A stretch of 64,000 nucleotides of DNA from Carcharhinus amblyrhynchos (taxonomy: Eukaryota). Position 1 is the stretch's first letter. Each line of letters begins with the position of its first letter. The translations under genes were made by a program, and so were the position numbers. Positions 49,604 through 62,973 of this stretch are shown piece after piece. The DNA is taken from positions 41,912,001-41,976,000 of the forward strand of contig OZ336889.1 in assembly GCA_965287045.1 (NCBI GenBank), written 5' to 3'. The notes under the pieces were generated by a model. The model made no database searches and was not told the origin of the DNA. It saw nothing but the letters and a program-made list of their open reading frames with translations.

Positions 49604-52160
49604 CTGCAAAGGGAGCACAAGATATGCTGGAATCCGGCAAAAGTATCGTGAACGAAGAGGCAACAGCCGGCATGCAATCGTATCAATAAAAATGAGGAGT
49701 GAGTCACTACTGGAGCTGTGTATTCAATAGGCTGTCACAGCTCGTTACATCAGTTTGAGGTAAAAGTGGATCTTACTCACAGATAACCTGACAGCCATAT
49801 AGCTCAGAATGATCTCTAATATTGCTCTGCAGATGCAATCAAAAGCTTGTGTTACATATACACTGTGCTTCTCTGAAAATACTGTGATACATAGGAGGAA
49901 AATTATAATGGCCCTGGCTCCACCCATCCTTATGCCACAACACGAATCACTTCTTATTTGATGCCAAAACAACTGTGGCAATATAAAAGTTCATAATACA
50001 ATGCTGCAATAATTATTATGAAAAGTAAAGATTAAGATCCACGTAGCTACATTGTGGGTTTACTCCTGGCTTCCACAATACCTAGTACACAGCTAACCAA
50101 TAAAGAGACAGGTTTCAAAGGCAATTATTTAGAGCATTCTGGTACGCCATAATCGTCAATACATTTTGTAATAATCCTAATTCATCAACAGCCCTCCTTG
50201 GAAATGACTAATCTGATAATGCTGCAGAACCAATTGACAATGACAGACTGCTGCTGTCTGCAGAAACTTACTTTCTGCACTGCAAGTACAATTTTTCAGT
50301 AATGAATATGCTAGTAGCCAAACTCAGTCAGCACTGCAGTACTTGTGCCAATCTACTTTGTCCGAGAAACTGCAGGTTTAACCATGACAGCTCTGAGCTG
50401 GTCAGTCCTGCAGCATATTCTTCACGTAGGGTCATATTGCTGCCACCTCCCCAAGAACACGAGATTAGCTGAAGGGAACCTTCCAAAAGACAGAGGCAAT
50501 CCCCTTTGTTGTTGGGAACATAAACATCTGCTGGCAGTACAGCAGTCAGGCACATTGTCGATCTAAGGCACGCAGCCACTGATTTTACTTTGCTATTTGG
50601 TTGGACTGTGCCATGTGGCAGGGAAGCTGTAGAAATGACAAGAGGCTTCACAGGTCATCTTGCAGGCAAACTAACAACCCTGTGATCCATCCAAAGGTTC
50701 CCAGATAGATATCAGACTACTGTAGCAGCAAAATGCATTGTCCTCCTGAATTACCAAGACCCTGACAAGGTTTGTGCAGAGATGACACTTCACTGACCGA
50801 GATTCAAAGCTGAATATGAAGATTAAAAATCTTTAGCATCATATAAGTTTGAGCAACGCACACAAGATGTTATTGTCCCCACCTGAAATATATCTTTTTG
50901 CGCATAAAGCATTGCAGAATCTGAAGCAGAGGAAAACTATGGCACAGTAATACTGTAGAAATTATGGAGAATCTATTGTAAACAATAGTTATAAAGGATC
51001 GGATCCTTGTGGAAGGTATTATTACACTCCTTGACATTTTTGAATACACTATTCTAATTCTTTAGTTTCGCTTCACATTATCAATCACACAATGTACCTT
51101 CTCCCATATCCTTTCACCCAGTAAGTATTCCTGGTTTTATTCCTGGTTTAAGGGCAGAATTGAAATACCAGAAAGTAGATTTGAGTCAAAGAGGCAATTT
51201 CTGCTGTTTCCCCTATTCCATAGATTCATTTTTATTTAAAAGAAATCAACTAATAGCTGAGATCAAGTCAGAGATGGTCACTAATTAACAGACTGACCCT
51301 CAAGAAAGCTTCATCCTATAATGGATGAGAGTCAGGCACCTCCCAATCCTTAATGCATCCCCACTCTGAATGGGTGACTTTTGTTTTCAATGTCATTCTC
51401 ACTCTGCAGCAGTTTTACTTTGTTCCCTTTTGGAAATACATGCCCTATTATTGCTTCAACACTTGCAGCTACACTTGTAGTGCCTGCTTTTTTTCCTTGA
51501 AGTTTGTTAATTTTTCTTTGAAGTTCTCTCCCCTCCCCTACCATGCACCATTCCTCAAGTGAAGTTAAACCAATCAACACCCAGCTCTCTGTTAATGCGG
51601 TACCAGAAGCCACCACCAGATAGCAAGCAAGAGCAGGCTAGCCCAGCTCACCCATCCATTTTTTTTCGTGTGCGTGAAGTAACAACCTTTCCTTGGCCAG
51701 CTCAATCGCCAAGGATCAGGAACCAACCACAACATTGCTTTTCACAGGGAAACTTCGACCTAGTTCCTCTGTTCACAAATAAAAAGTCAGTGCCAATATA
51801 TTCTCAGTGGCTGTTGGGGCGACAATGTTTTTGTGCTGACATTTTTCCACTGTACGAGCTTACACAAATTTCAATTTTATAAGGCATTTTGGGTTCCACA
51901 TCAAGATCTGCCCCCTCATTATTAAACATTCAAGTTGCTCCAATGTAAAAGTGATGTGATCTACCATACTATTAAAAGATTACTCCCACTCCTGTAATGG
52001 GTAAACCAATGCTCAGACAACCAGACTAGAAAAGGTTGCAGATTCAGCCCCTTTTAAGCAAATATTACCAAAAGAGGACATGACGATTAATCTGAATCCT
52101 TTGGCCAGAGGGAGCAGGAAGGGAGGAACAAACAGCCTGGATTTCTTTCCTGGATAACAA

Positions 52161-52715
52161 TTGGCCTTTTTGCTAAGATCAAATGCAATTTTTAAAAGTA
52201 AAAAGTTTATTTATTAGTCACAAGTAAGCTTACATTAACACTGCAATAAAGTTACTGTGAAAATCCCCTAGCCACCACACCTAGTCTGGCACTTGCTCGG
52301 GCACACTGAGGGAGAATTTAGCACAGACAATGCACCTAACTAGCACATGTTTTGGACTATGGGAGAAAATTGGAGCACCTGGACAAATTGGACTCTGCAC
52401 AGTGACTCAAGCCAGGAATTGAACCTGGGTCACTGGTGCGTGCAACACTGGCATGCCACCCCGTTTTTAATCCTGCAGCTGGTCTAAGCCAATGATGTTA
52501 CATGGAGGTGTCACCTCAATTTTTTGAAGCCATCTCAACCTTTTGGCTAAAATGAAGTTCAGATCAAGCACAGGATGGGGTGTAACGCCTCACCCTGTCA
52601 GCTTGAATCTTGTTTGATCGAACCCAACAGGAGAAACAGCCTGTCTTCAGCAGCTTGGATCTGTTTTGTCTCTCGTGGGGCCTCTGATTGGACCAAATTG
52701 GATTCTTGATTGGGA
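52161..52715 (+). repeat. Repeat-like segment carrying two U2 snRNA 5'-end-like sequences, interrupted by a SINE
   Basis: 52161-52189 TTGGCCTTTTTGCTAAGATCAAATGCAAT (24/29 to U2 TCGGCCTTTTGGCTAAGATCAAGTGTAGT) and 52533-52562 TCTCAACCTTTTGGCTAAAATGAAGTTCAG (24/30). Confidence 0.6.
52196..52463 (-). mobile_element. HE1-like V-SINE (alternative tail)
   Basis: Homologous to 29559-29862; TSD TTTTTAA (52189-52195 and 52464-52470). Confidence 0.85.
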
Positions 52716-54249
52716 ATGATGTACCAAAAAGACACAAAAAGTCAATCTGACAACGAGTACTGGAAAATTCACTTATACTGTCAGGTTCGTGCAGATTATC
52801 ACAGGATGGTTAAATAGCATTCCAACACAGACTGCTTGGGGTAAGGTACCAGACAGCTGGCAGCACTCAAACGTTAGAAAGACATGACTTCCTTAAAAAG
52901 AGAAAAACAACACAGCAATGGGTAGAGGAGGTTTGTACAGTGACCAGAGTTGTTCACTCAGGATTAGCAAAGATGAATCCAGATGAAGCTGTTTTATCCT
53001 GGTGATAAAAATGATTTGATCAGTAGAAACTGAATAATTTATTCTCACACACAAAATGAGAAAGGAAGCTGGAAAATAGGCGGCAAAACAGATTGCCGGC
53101 TGACGTAGGGTTCAGCTGCACTTCTCTTACAGCACTGAAGAGGTTAACATGCAGCTTAGAGACTATAATTATGCTGAGGATCAATATGAGCCTATCCTTC
53201 AGAGGGATGGAACACCTACACACTGTTCCTGTTCTGTAGCACTGCTTACATTGGCAATTTTGTTTCCATGGCATCCTATTCCATTCAGACATTAATGCAG
53301 CATTATATAGTACATGGATGGGTTCAGAAAATAAACCAAAAACATGCTCACATCCCTGAAATATGATAACATTCCTCCTGAAGATGATCAATAACCGATA
53401 TAAATCAACCCACTATGGAAAGGAGATGAACAACAATCCAGTTATAAAATGAATTGAAATGACTGTACCCTGAGTGATGCCCAATATTCATCCTGTCGCC
53501 ATTACAAGTCCATAACAGGTTAGCACATCAGTTTCCCATATTTCACAGCACCGTCTGCATTAAGTACAGACTACCAGAGCAACAGTTCACAATTCCTGTT
53601 TCTGGAGGCACGAGCTCACTGGTTCTACAGTGCAGTGTAGATTTTCTTCATTGTATATTCATTAATGCATGACTCATTCTAAAGTCCCAGTTATAAACCC
53701 ACTGAACAGGTGACTGTAATGATGTATAAAGTATTATAAACAGAATGCTCAGCAAAAGCCAAATAACAACTAGCGCAGAATGTATGCACACATGACCGGC
53801 AATCACATCCAAGCTAATATCAAGCTTGTCACACTACCGGTAAAATTGGTCATCATTAAATCCGGTCTAGTGCAACAAATAAAACAATTCACCCATATTT
53901 CCACTCAACTAACTAATGCATTGATCAGCGAGCTACAGAGCTCTGTTATCAATTATACTGTCTACTGCACAGTTGGGAAGCACCTCAGACACAACATGTA
54001 AGCTGGGCCTCTTGTCTTCTCCCCATGCACTGAAATTTTAACCAGTCCATAAGGGACTCAGAATTTTGGTATCTAGCCCTAAAAAGGGAATGTTTCCTCC
54101 ACCTGAGGTACAAGGAACAGGGCAGCCAGCTCCTCTCATGGCACTACTTTTTGCCTTTTCTTACAATGAATACTTTGCATCTGTCTTTACCAAGGAGATA
54201 GATGCTATCTAGGGCATGGTAACAGAAGAGGAAACTCAAAAGGTGTAAG

Positions 54250-56590
54250 GCCACAGGCTTGGGTGGGAATAATGTAGACTCGAAGGTGGGCTGAAAAAAA
54301 AATATATTGGTGATGGCAAAGCACGTAACGGCACCTTCATGCTTATTTATACTCCTAAATAAATAAAAGTCTAATGGGCACTATAGGTTAATAAAACACT
54401 TTCAAAAATATCCATGACTATGGCATCTCCCAAATACGGAGATTTTATCCAAAATTATAACTCCTTACGCCATTAAAAACTAGTCTGTACCTGTTAAAAG
54501 GTGCATCCAATATGGTTGAAGCAGGTGTGAGTCATGCAATAAATCTGATCTGAGAAACAGCGAAAATGGCATAACACTGAAAGAGGGGTATCAAAAGTTC
54601 CAAGCTGCAAAGGGGACTGTAGTTGATGAGCTGGAAAATGGGAGAGATGTTCTGTAAGGCATCATGAGCTCCTCCACACACAAAGAATGCAGTGTGAGCA
54701 GATAACTGCAGAGATCAATGCCAGGACTAATGCATCTTCAATATTTTAACAAGCCTCAAACACTGCTCACATCTTCACTTCCCCATCACTCACATAACAA
54801 CTACCTCCAATCAGGACTCATCATATACTTTACCTCACTTTCACAGACTTAACACTTAAGACTCACACCCACATTTCAACTTGAACACAGTTAACTATTC
54901 AAACTTAGCACTCACATTGGTCAAGCAGACTGCATAATTAACAACAATTATTTGTCTTGCAGGACAACATAGCACAAGGTGTGATGTAACAGGAACTACC
55001 CAGAGTGGACATGCCAGAATGTCCTAACCCTCATGAGGAAATGCTGAGCACAATTTCGATATTCACTATTAAGTTTGTAACTAGCAACAGGGCAGAAAGC
55101 ACAGAAGGTAAATGTGTTCTAGGAGCTAATTCTCCTAACCTACATTCAGTTTTGAATTACATGCTGCAGATGATTAGAAGATGCATGCAACTCTTAATTT
55201 CTCCCCTCTCCCCACATCGAGGGGCAAATTTATACAAACACTTTGCAAGTATCCTCCAGAGTTTCCAGGGAGTGGAAGCATTGTTTCAGCATGCCAATGG
55301 TCTGCTCCACCACATTTCATTGTACAAACGTTTCACACTACTGTGAAGGTTGTGCACCAGAACTATTAGCCATTCCATCAGCAGATAGCCATCTTCAGCC
55401 ATTAGCCAGCCATTACCAGGGTGGCTCGAATACAGCTAGCATAATTGAGCTAGCATAGTTGACTGCTACAAAACAAAGGCATCATGACTGCAACCAGGGC
55501 ATCTGGCATTGGCCTGTATGATTGGTTGCTGATATTCACGTTGAGGGAGTAGAGTTCCTTTCTGTTGCAACATAGGGCAAAGTTGACATGTAAGATCCAC
55601 AATGAAAAACTTGAGCAGTATATGGCACCATGGGGAAGTTTGCAATCAATGTGAAGCTACAAGCTCACTCAGCTGGTTGCTTTCTGGAAATGCAGAATGA
55701 AACGTCGTGAGCTCATATTGAATAAAAAACCTCTATGGCATCCCTCATGCAACAGTGGATGGCAAACTATAAAGGTGTTACAAATTTCTCCAACTCCACC
55801 CTGCAGGGGCCAGAGGAATAAAGCTTCATCTGTAGTCATCTTCACAGCCACTTCACCCTGCAGCAATGACAGATCTCAGTGAGGGGATCTTTACTGAAGC
55901 ACAGCTATCATACAAAATTCACCCCCTACATTCAGGTACTCATTGTGCCCACTTATGCACTAGCATCGAGGAGCGATGTATTTGTGCGGAAGCCTGAAGT
56001 CAATAAACACTGCTTCAGCATCCGTCACACCACTGCCTATAGCATACTGCAACTTGAAACAACAATAAAAAGTAACAAACACTTGTAGAATGGTAGCAAC
56101 AACCAGGAAAAATTAAAAAGGCAACTAACCTGTAAGCAGTTGAATCTTTTAACTAGCTCCTTCTTGATGCTGAACATGTGCTCAGCTGTGCGTGGTTAAA
56201 TGAGGGCGCAAGCTGGAGGAGTGAACTCCAAAACAACATCACTGGCATCAAATCAGTTGTGTGATGATTTAGTCTCAATCTGTGTAGTCTTCACAGGTAC
56301 TGAGGAAGTTTACCACGTGCACACTAACGCCGTCCGTATAATGTCTGGTGCAATTTGCCCCACATTTTGCGTGAAAGCCACTGATGACACTCTAGAATTC
56401 CAAGACACTCACTGTACCCCAAAAAACGTGCATCAGCAAGCGCAGTGTCTCACTCTGGAAGCACTGAAACAGTCATGTTCATATTTCTTCCTGTTTCAAC
56501 GGACAAGACTTCTGCCTCTCAAAAGGAGAGAATCTTTCAAACTGCACACAATGGTAAAGTTGCAATTGTTAGCTAAATGGGCCATATTAG
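54250..56590 (+). mobile_element. Possible decayed PIF/Harbinger-derived element (Myb/SANT-like gene remnant)
   Basis: Remnants VVDELENGRDVL (~54619-54654) and EQITAEINAR (~54696-54725) resemble Harbinger Myb/SANT-like proteins; boundaries uncertain. Confidence 0.4.
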
Positions 56591-56649
56591 GCCCAACACT
56601 AAGGATTAGAGACGTTCAACACCATTTGCGACTCCTCAAATAGGGAAGC

Positions 56650-57400
56650 AGTCCGTTTCCAAAAGCAGCAAGAGTCGGACAATAGCCAGGCTTGAGATGA
56701 CAAGTGGCCAGTAAAATTTGTGGCATACAAGTGCCAGGCAATGACCATAAGAGAATCTAACCATCGTCCCTTCACATTCAATGGCAAGGCTGAATCCCCT
56801 ATCAACATCCTGGGGGCTACCATTGACCAGAAACTGAGCTGGGCCAGCCACATAAATACCATGGCTGCAAGAGCAGGTCAAAGGCTAGGCATCCTGCCGC
56901 AAGTAACCCACCTCCTGACTTAAAGTCAAGGCACAAGTCAGGAGTGGAATGGAATATTCTCTATTTGCCTGAATGAGTGTAGCTCCAACAACACTTAAGC
57001 TCGCCACTATCCAGAAAAAAAGTAGCCTGCTTGATTGGTATCCATTCACAAACATCCACTCCCTCCAGCACGGGTGCTCAGTAGCAGCAGTGTGTACTAT
57101 CTGCAAGATGCACTGCAGGAATTCACCAAGCTTCATTATAGCACTTTCCAAACTTACAACCACTAACACCTAGAAGGGCAAGGGAAGCTGGCACATGGAA
57201 CATCACCACCTGCAAGTTGCCCTCCAAGCCACTCACCATCCTGACTCGGAAATATATTGCTGTCACTGGGTCAAAAGCCTGGAACTCCCTCCCCAGCACG
57301 GCTGACAGTGTACCTATACTACATGGACTGTAGTGTTTCAAAGCAGCGTCTCAAGGGTATTTACAGATGGGCAATAAATGCTATTCTAAACAGCAATGAA
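56650..57400 (+). mobile_element. Decayed CR1-group LINE 3' end
   Basis: INILGATIDQKLSWASHINTMAARAGQRLGIL; tail GATGGGCAATAAATGCT. Confidence 0.75.
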
Positions 57401-57441
57401 AAGAAAGTAGGATCTTTCTTTCTTACTGACAAAAAAACAGT

Positions 57442-58092
57442 GGGGACAATTCTCCCAAAAGTGCTGAAAAAAACTGTTCTGGATCACGACTGGTTTCTCA
57501 GTTTAACTTCACACAAATCTCCCCACTCTGCGCACTCTCATTAAAATCTCATTAAAAACCCAGGGGGACAGATTCTATTCACGCCAGAGTCTGACAGTTC
57601 TGGAACTCTCCCCTCCCCCCCGATGGGCAGTGCCAAGGTACCCCTTGGCCCATGCCTAGGCATAGGCTGGCACTGCCAGGGTGCCCATGCCCAGGCACTA
57701 CTCCTGCCACCCAACCCTCTGGGGGGTCCTGATTGCGCCCCTCCCACCTTTCATTCCGGAGGGGTCTCCCGCTAGTTCCCCAAGCATGGGGAACTACTCT
57801 GAACCTCGCTGGAATGAAGTATTCCTGGCAGGGTGGGAGATTTAATTGGGGCTTGGCAAGTTCCCAATAATGAAATGCTAAATATATTTAAACTCCATTA
57901 AAAAAAGATTCAAATGACTTATCTGTCTTCCTGCTGATTTCCAGCATGGTCTGGACTCTGACTGTTCTCCGGCTCTGGGAGACGCGCACGCAATCCTGGC
58001 ACGTGTGCAAATCCCGGACACAAGGCCAACGACGCAATTCTCCGAGCCTGACCCGCCAGAAGTGTTGCAGGTTGCAATGGGAGAATCACCCC
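57442..58092. mobile_element. Non-autonomous DNA transposon (Harbinger-like MITE)
   Basis: TIRs GGGACAATTCTCCCA / TGGGAGAATCACCCC (12/15); GC-rich non-coding interior. Confidence 0.65.
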
Positions 58093-58178
58093 TGCATTTC
58101 GGAAATTACTATGCTGTTGCACAATGCAGCTGAGGCTGACTTACTAAAATGCAACGGAAGCCTGTCATGGTCTCTCTC

Positions 58179-60824
58179 GATGTGGAGATCCCGGCGTTGG
58201 ACTGGGGTAAACACAGTAAGACATCTCACAACATCAGGTTAAAGTCCAACAGGTTTATTTGGTAGTAAAAGCCACTTGCATTTGGAATGCTGTTCCTTCG
58301 TTAGATGAGTGGAGAGTTCTGATCACAAACAGAGCATATAAAGGCACACAGTTTACAGAATACTGATTAGAATGCAAGTCTTTACAGCTAATCTACTATT
58401 CAAGTCTTAAAGGTGCAAACAATGTGAGTGGAGATAGCATTAAGCATAGGTTAAAGAGATGTGTATTGTCTCCAGACAGGACAGATGTGAGGTGTGGCAA
58501 GTTCAGGCAAGTCATGGAAGTTACAGATAGTGTGACATGAACCCAAGATCCTGGTTGAGGCCATCCTCATGTGTGCAGAACTTGGCTATCAGTTTCTACT
58601 CAGCAACTCTACGCTGTCGTGTGTCGTGAAGGCTGCCTTGGAGAACGTTTACCCAAAGATCAGAGGCCGAATTCCCGTGACCGCTGACGTGTTCGCCAAC
58701 AGGAAGGGAACAGTCTTGCCTGGTGATTGTCGAGCGGTGTTCATTCATCTGTTGTCGTAGCGTCTGCATGGTCTCCCCAGTGTACCATGTCTCGGGACAT
58801 CCTTTCCTGCAGCATATCAGGTAGACAACGTTGGCCAAGTTGCAAGATTATGTGCTATGTACTTGGTGAATGGTGTTCTCACATGAGATGATGGCATCCA
58901 TGTCGATGATCCGGCATGTGTTGCAAAGGTTGCTCTGGCAGGGTTGTGTGGTGTTGTGGTCACTGTTCTCCTGAAGGCTGGGTAGTTTGCTGCAGATAAT
59001 GGTCTGTTTGAGGTTGTGTGGCTGTTTGAAGGCAAAAAATGGGGGTGACCTAGTGAGGTGTTTGTCTTCGTCAATGACATGTTGAAGACTCCGGAGAAGA
59101 TGTCATAGCTTCTCTGATCTGGGGAAGTACTGGAAGACGAAGAGTATTCTGTCCTCTGTGTCCCGTGTTTGTCTTTTGAGAAGGTCGGTTTCTTTGCTGT
59201 GGCGAGTCGGAACTGTCGATCGATGAGTCAAATGTCATATCCTGTTCTTCTGAGGGCATCTTTCAGCATCTGGAGGTGTCTGTCTGGAGAAATGGAGCAT
59301 CGTGAGGACATCTGTGGGCTTGCAGTACAGTGAGGTGCTGAGGTGACCATCCTTTAAATGGAGATGCGTGTGTCCAAGAATGCAACCGATTCCAGAGAGT
59401 AGTCCATGGTGAGTCTGATGGTGGGATGGAACTTGTTGATGTCATCATATAGTTGTTACAGTGATTGCTCACCATGAGTCCAAAAGGAAGAGAATGTCAT
59501 CGATGTATCTAGTGTATAGCATTGGGTGAAGGTCCTGTGCGGTGAAGAGGTCTTGTTCGAGCCTGTGCATGAAGATGTTGGCATATTGAGGTGCGAATTT
59601 GGTCCCTATGGCTGTTCCACGTGTCTGGATGAAGAACTGGTTATTGAAGGTGAAGACATCGTGGTCCAGGATGAAGCAGGTGAGTTGTAAAATTGCATTT
59701 GGAAACTGGTAGTCGTCAGCATTGAGTACTGAGGCAGCTGCAGCAATGATTTTGGTGTAGAGTGCTGAGACATCCATTGTGACAAGGAGTGCCCCTGGTT
59801 CAGCTGTTCCGTGTGCTGAGTTTCCGTAGGAAGTCCGTAGTGTCACGACAAAAGTTGGGGGTTCTTTGTACAATGGGTTTCAGGATGCCTTCGACGTAGC
59901 CGGAGAGGTTCTTGTACAGGATCCCATTGCCCAATACGATGGGACGGCCGGGTGTGTTTGCCTCGTGCATCTTTGGGAGGCAGAGATCTCCAACGCGGGG
60001 AGTACGTGGGATGACAGCACGGAGGGTGCTCTGAAGGTCCGGATCAAAGGTCGTGAACAGGGTGTTGAGTTGACGGGGTGTGTTCTTTGGTCGGATCTGA
60101 GGGTAACTATCTGCAGTGTTCCTCGTTGTTCAGTTGTTGGTACACTTCTTTGCAGTAATCCATTCTGTTCAGTATGACGATGGCCCCTTCTTTGTCTGCT
60201 GGTTTGATGACAATGTTGCGGTTGGTCTTGAGAGCATGGATGATATTGCATTGTGCTTGGGTGATGTTCAGGGCTGTCTTGTGACTGTGGTTGATGAATC
60301 TAGTGTTGATGCACCTCCTGATGGCTTGGGCGCACGTGTCAAGTCGAGGGCAGCGGCCTTCCGGAGGAGTCCAATTGGACTCTTTTCTCTTTGGTTGCTG
60401 CATTGCCGATCTTTGTCGGCTGTTCCGGTTCATTGGCTGTCTCATTGTGTTCGCTGTTGGCCTCTTGGGGTTTGTGAAGAACTCCTGCAGCCTCATTCAA
60501 CTGATGAATTCTTGTGTCTGCTGCAAGACAGGGGTCCATTTTGGTGGTGGGGCAGAAATTGAGCCCTCGGCTGAGAACTTCAACTTCATCTGGTTGAAGC
60601 ATGTGTCTCCACTCACATTGTCTGCATCTTTAAGACTTGAATAGCAGATTAGCTGTAAAGGCTCGCATTCTAATCAGTATTCTGTAAACTGTGTGCCTTT
60701 ATATGCCCTGTTTGTGATCAGAATTCTCCACTCACCTGAGGGAAGGAGCAGTGTTCCGAAAGCTAGTGGCGTTTATTACCAAATAAACCTGTTGGACTTT
60801 AACCTGGTGTTGTGAGACTTATTA
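58179..60824 (-). mobile_element. Penelope-like element (Neptune-type), frameshifted, with inverted terminal repeat
   Basis: EVLSRGLNFCPT (N-terminus), LLVTMDVSALYT / GTAIGTKFAPQYANIFM / RYIDDI (RT), PCQSNLCNTC Cys linker, NVVYLICCRKGCPETWYTGET..LRQQMNEHR (GIY-YIG). Inverted repeat ~58220-58440 vs ~60600-60820. TSD CATGGTCTCTCTC (58166-58178 and 60825-60837). Confidence 0.95.
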
Positions 60825-61524
60825 CATGGTCTCTCTCACCAAGGATTGCCAATTTATACTGATTTATAAATTTGACTAGGTTACGAAGGCTAAATTTGTA
60901 CTACAACTGTAAATTGATTAACAAGTGGTTTTACCTGACAGAAGTGCTCAGATTTTGCAGTGTAAATCCAAGATCAAAGTCTAAACTGTCTCTTCATTGA
61001 AGTAGAGCAAGATTCTCTCACTACCACTTTGCTCCAGAGTAAGGTTGAACCCCAAGATGCGGGGAAGAAACTCTCAACTTTAGCTGAAATAAACACCCAC
61101 ATTCTTGAACACAACATTGGTACTTGAACATTGCTTCACTTCACCGGATCAATATCTAAACACAGTAATGACAAAGTGTACGTAGAATTCAACATTTGTT
61201 TCAGAATATCAAGAAAGTAGTAACAACTTCCCAAAAAAAAAACAACCGTGCCAGAGAGGTTGGCAAAAGCAGCATTTTTTCTTTTCTATAGGTTTGCATG
61301 TTGTCAGCAATAAAATCACAAGTCAAAATATTCATGAAATTTTCTTGGAATAGCAAGTACATTACTGCAGCTCCTCAGTCAGCACAGCATCAACATCAAA
61401 GTTACCAAGTTCTTTATAATTGCTTCAGAATAAAAGTGAATTTTGTCAATTGACAAAATTGTATTGTCACAACTTGTGGTCAATGAGGAGACAGACCACG
61501 CACAATTCAACAGGGATAACTCAC

Positions 61525-61678
61525 TGTGTCTGATATTGTTCCAGTTAATGTTTGTAAAAAATGGATGGCAGATGAGTCCCTCATAGTTTAACCGCTCCTT
61601 TGCCCCACACAGCAGGCTTTGCACCAGGTCATCAAACTCCTTACTAGTTTTAGGCTCTTCTGGGAATTTGAGAGTTCT
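61525..61678 (-). CDS. CIT: CIT exon, kinase subdomain XI ([10 protein letters not shown]...[14 protein letters not shown]), 154 nt
   Basis: Acceptor ttgcag|AGA, donor A|gtgagt; phase 0-1. Confidence 0.96.
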
Positions 61679-62973
61679 CTGCAATAAAAGAGCAGCATGG
61701 ATGTTGCAGCATATAATTAAGCTCTATTAACAGTAAAACATCCCAGTGCAAGTGAATGAACCAACACAGGGATCAAGAAAAATTACTCATCCAAGAATCC
61801 TAACCAACTGCACTTCTCTCTAGCCATACAGATCAGAGGAAAAGATCACTCAGTTCAATAAAAAAAAACAGGGGAAGCATTTACACAAACTACCTTGTTC
61901 GCAAGGGCAACTAGGGATGGGCAATAAATCCTGACCACACAGTGAAGCCCATGTCCCACAAATTAATAAAAAGAAACCCTTTTTCCATTTCCCATCCTTC
62001 TGGGGTATTCTAATTTCTCCTCAGAATGGCTGGCAGACCCTCTAAATCAGCCCATAGTTTATCACCTGAAAATCTAGTACGCTATTAGTCGTCTTATTTA
62101 AAGGAAGGATACAAATGCGTTGGAAGCAGTTCTACGACTTCTGCCTGGCAGAACTCAACAGCATCAACCAGCCCTTTCTGGAAAGCCAATTCCCACTGAC
62201 AGGTTCTTTCGTGTGTATGTTCAATGGAAAATGGAGGCTAATGGAGTGGCCTTTCACATTAGGATTAGCAAAATACTGCATGAAAATGGAAGAGGTCATC
62301 TAATGCAAACATATTTTCAGCAATATTTTATCTGGAAATATTTTAATGAACAAAAAGCCAGACTTCACATCTTACAGAACTATTGAGAAATGTAAATTAT
62401 CATTAACACAAAAGATGAGGCAGAATCTCTGACAATTAGAGGAAGAAAATTGGCTTCCTGCTTAGTGCAAAGGTTCAGACACTCCAAAAAGGAGACATAA
62501 AAATTCAAGGCTTTTTTCCTATTATTCTCCACAGTGACAGATTAGTCTCGCCCGCATTACTACATAAAGCAGCTATGGAGATGAATTAACTTAAAATAAT
62601 TGTTTCTTTCCCTATTCTGCACATCATGAGTGGACAAGAAACCTACCCTCAGGATTTGACTCTTGAAGCAAAACCCTTGGATATGTCATAGCAGCATCCA
62701 CAGTAACTCATGAGCAATTAACTATTCAGCAGCTTATGTGCCCAAGGACAAGCTCAGAAATTTGCTAAATTTCGAAGTGCAGGAAAAAGAGTCCTTCTTC
62801 CAGAATAACAACCCATTGGGTTGTCAGGCCTTCTCGAAGAAACAATTCAGCAGCACAAAAACAATGCAACCTACTTAATTACAAATCCTTGATAACAATT
62901 GGTTTTAATTGTCAGTGCGCAAACCATATCCAAAACACTAAATACGGTTCTGAATGACCTGACAAATACAAAC

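Noticed and set aside
52161-52189. Functional U2 snRNA gene
   Set aside because: Only ~30 nt match, with substitutions in the branch-point pairing region and no Sm site or 3' stem-loops.
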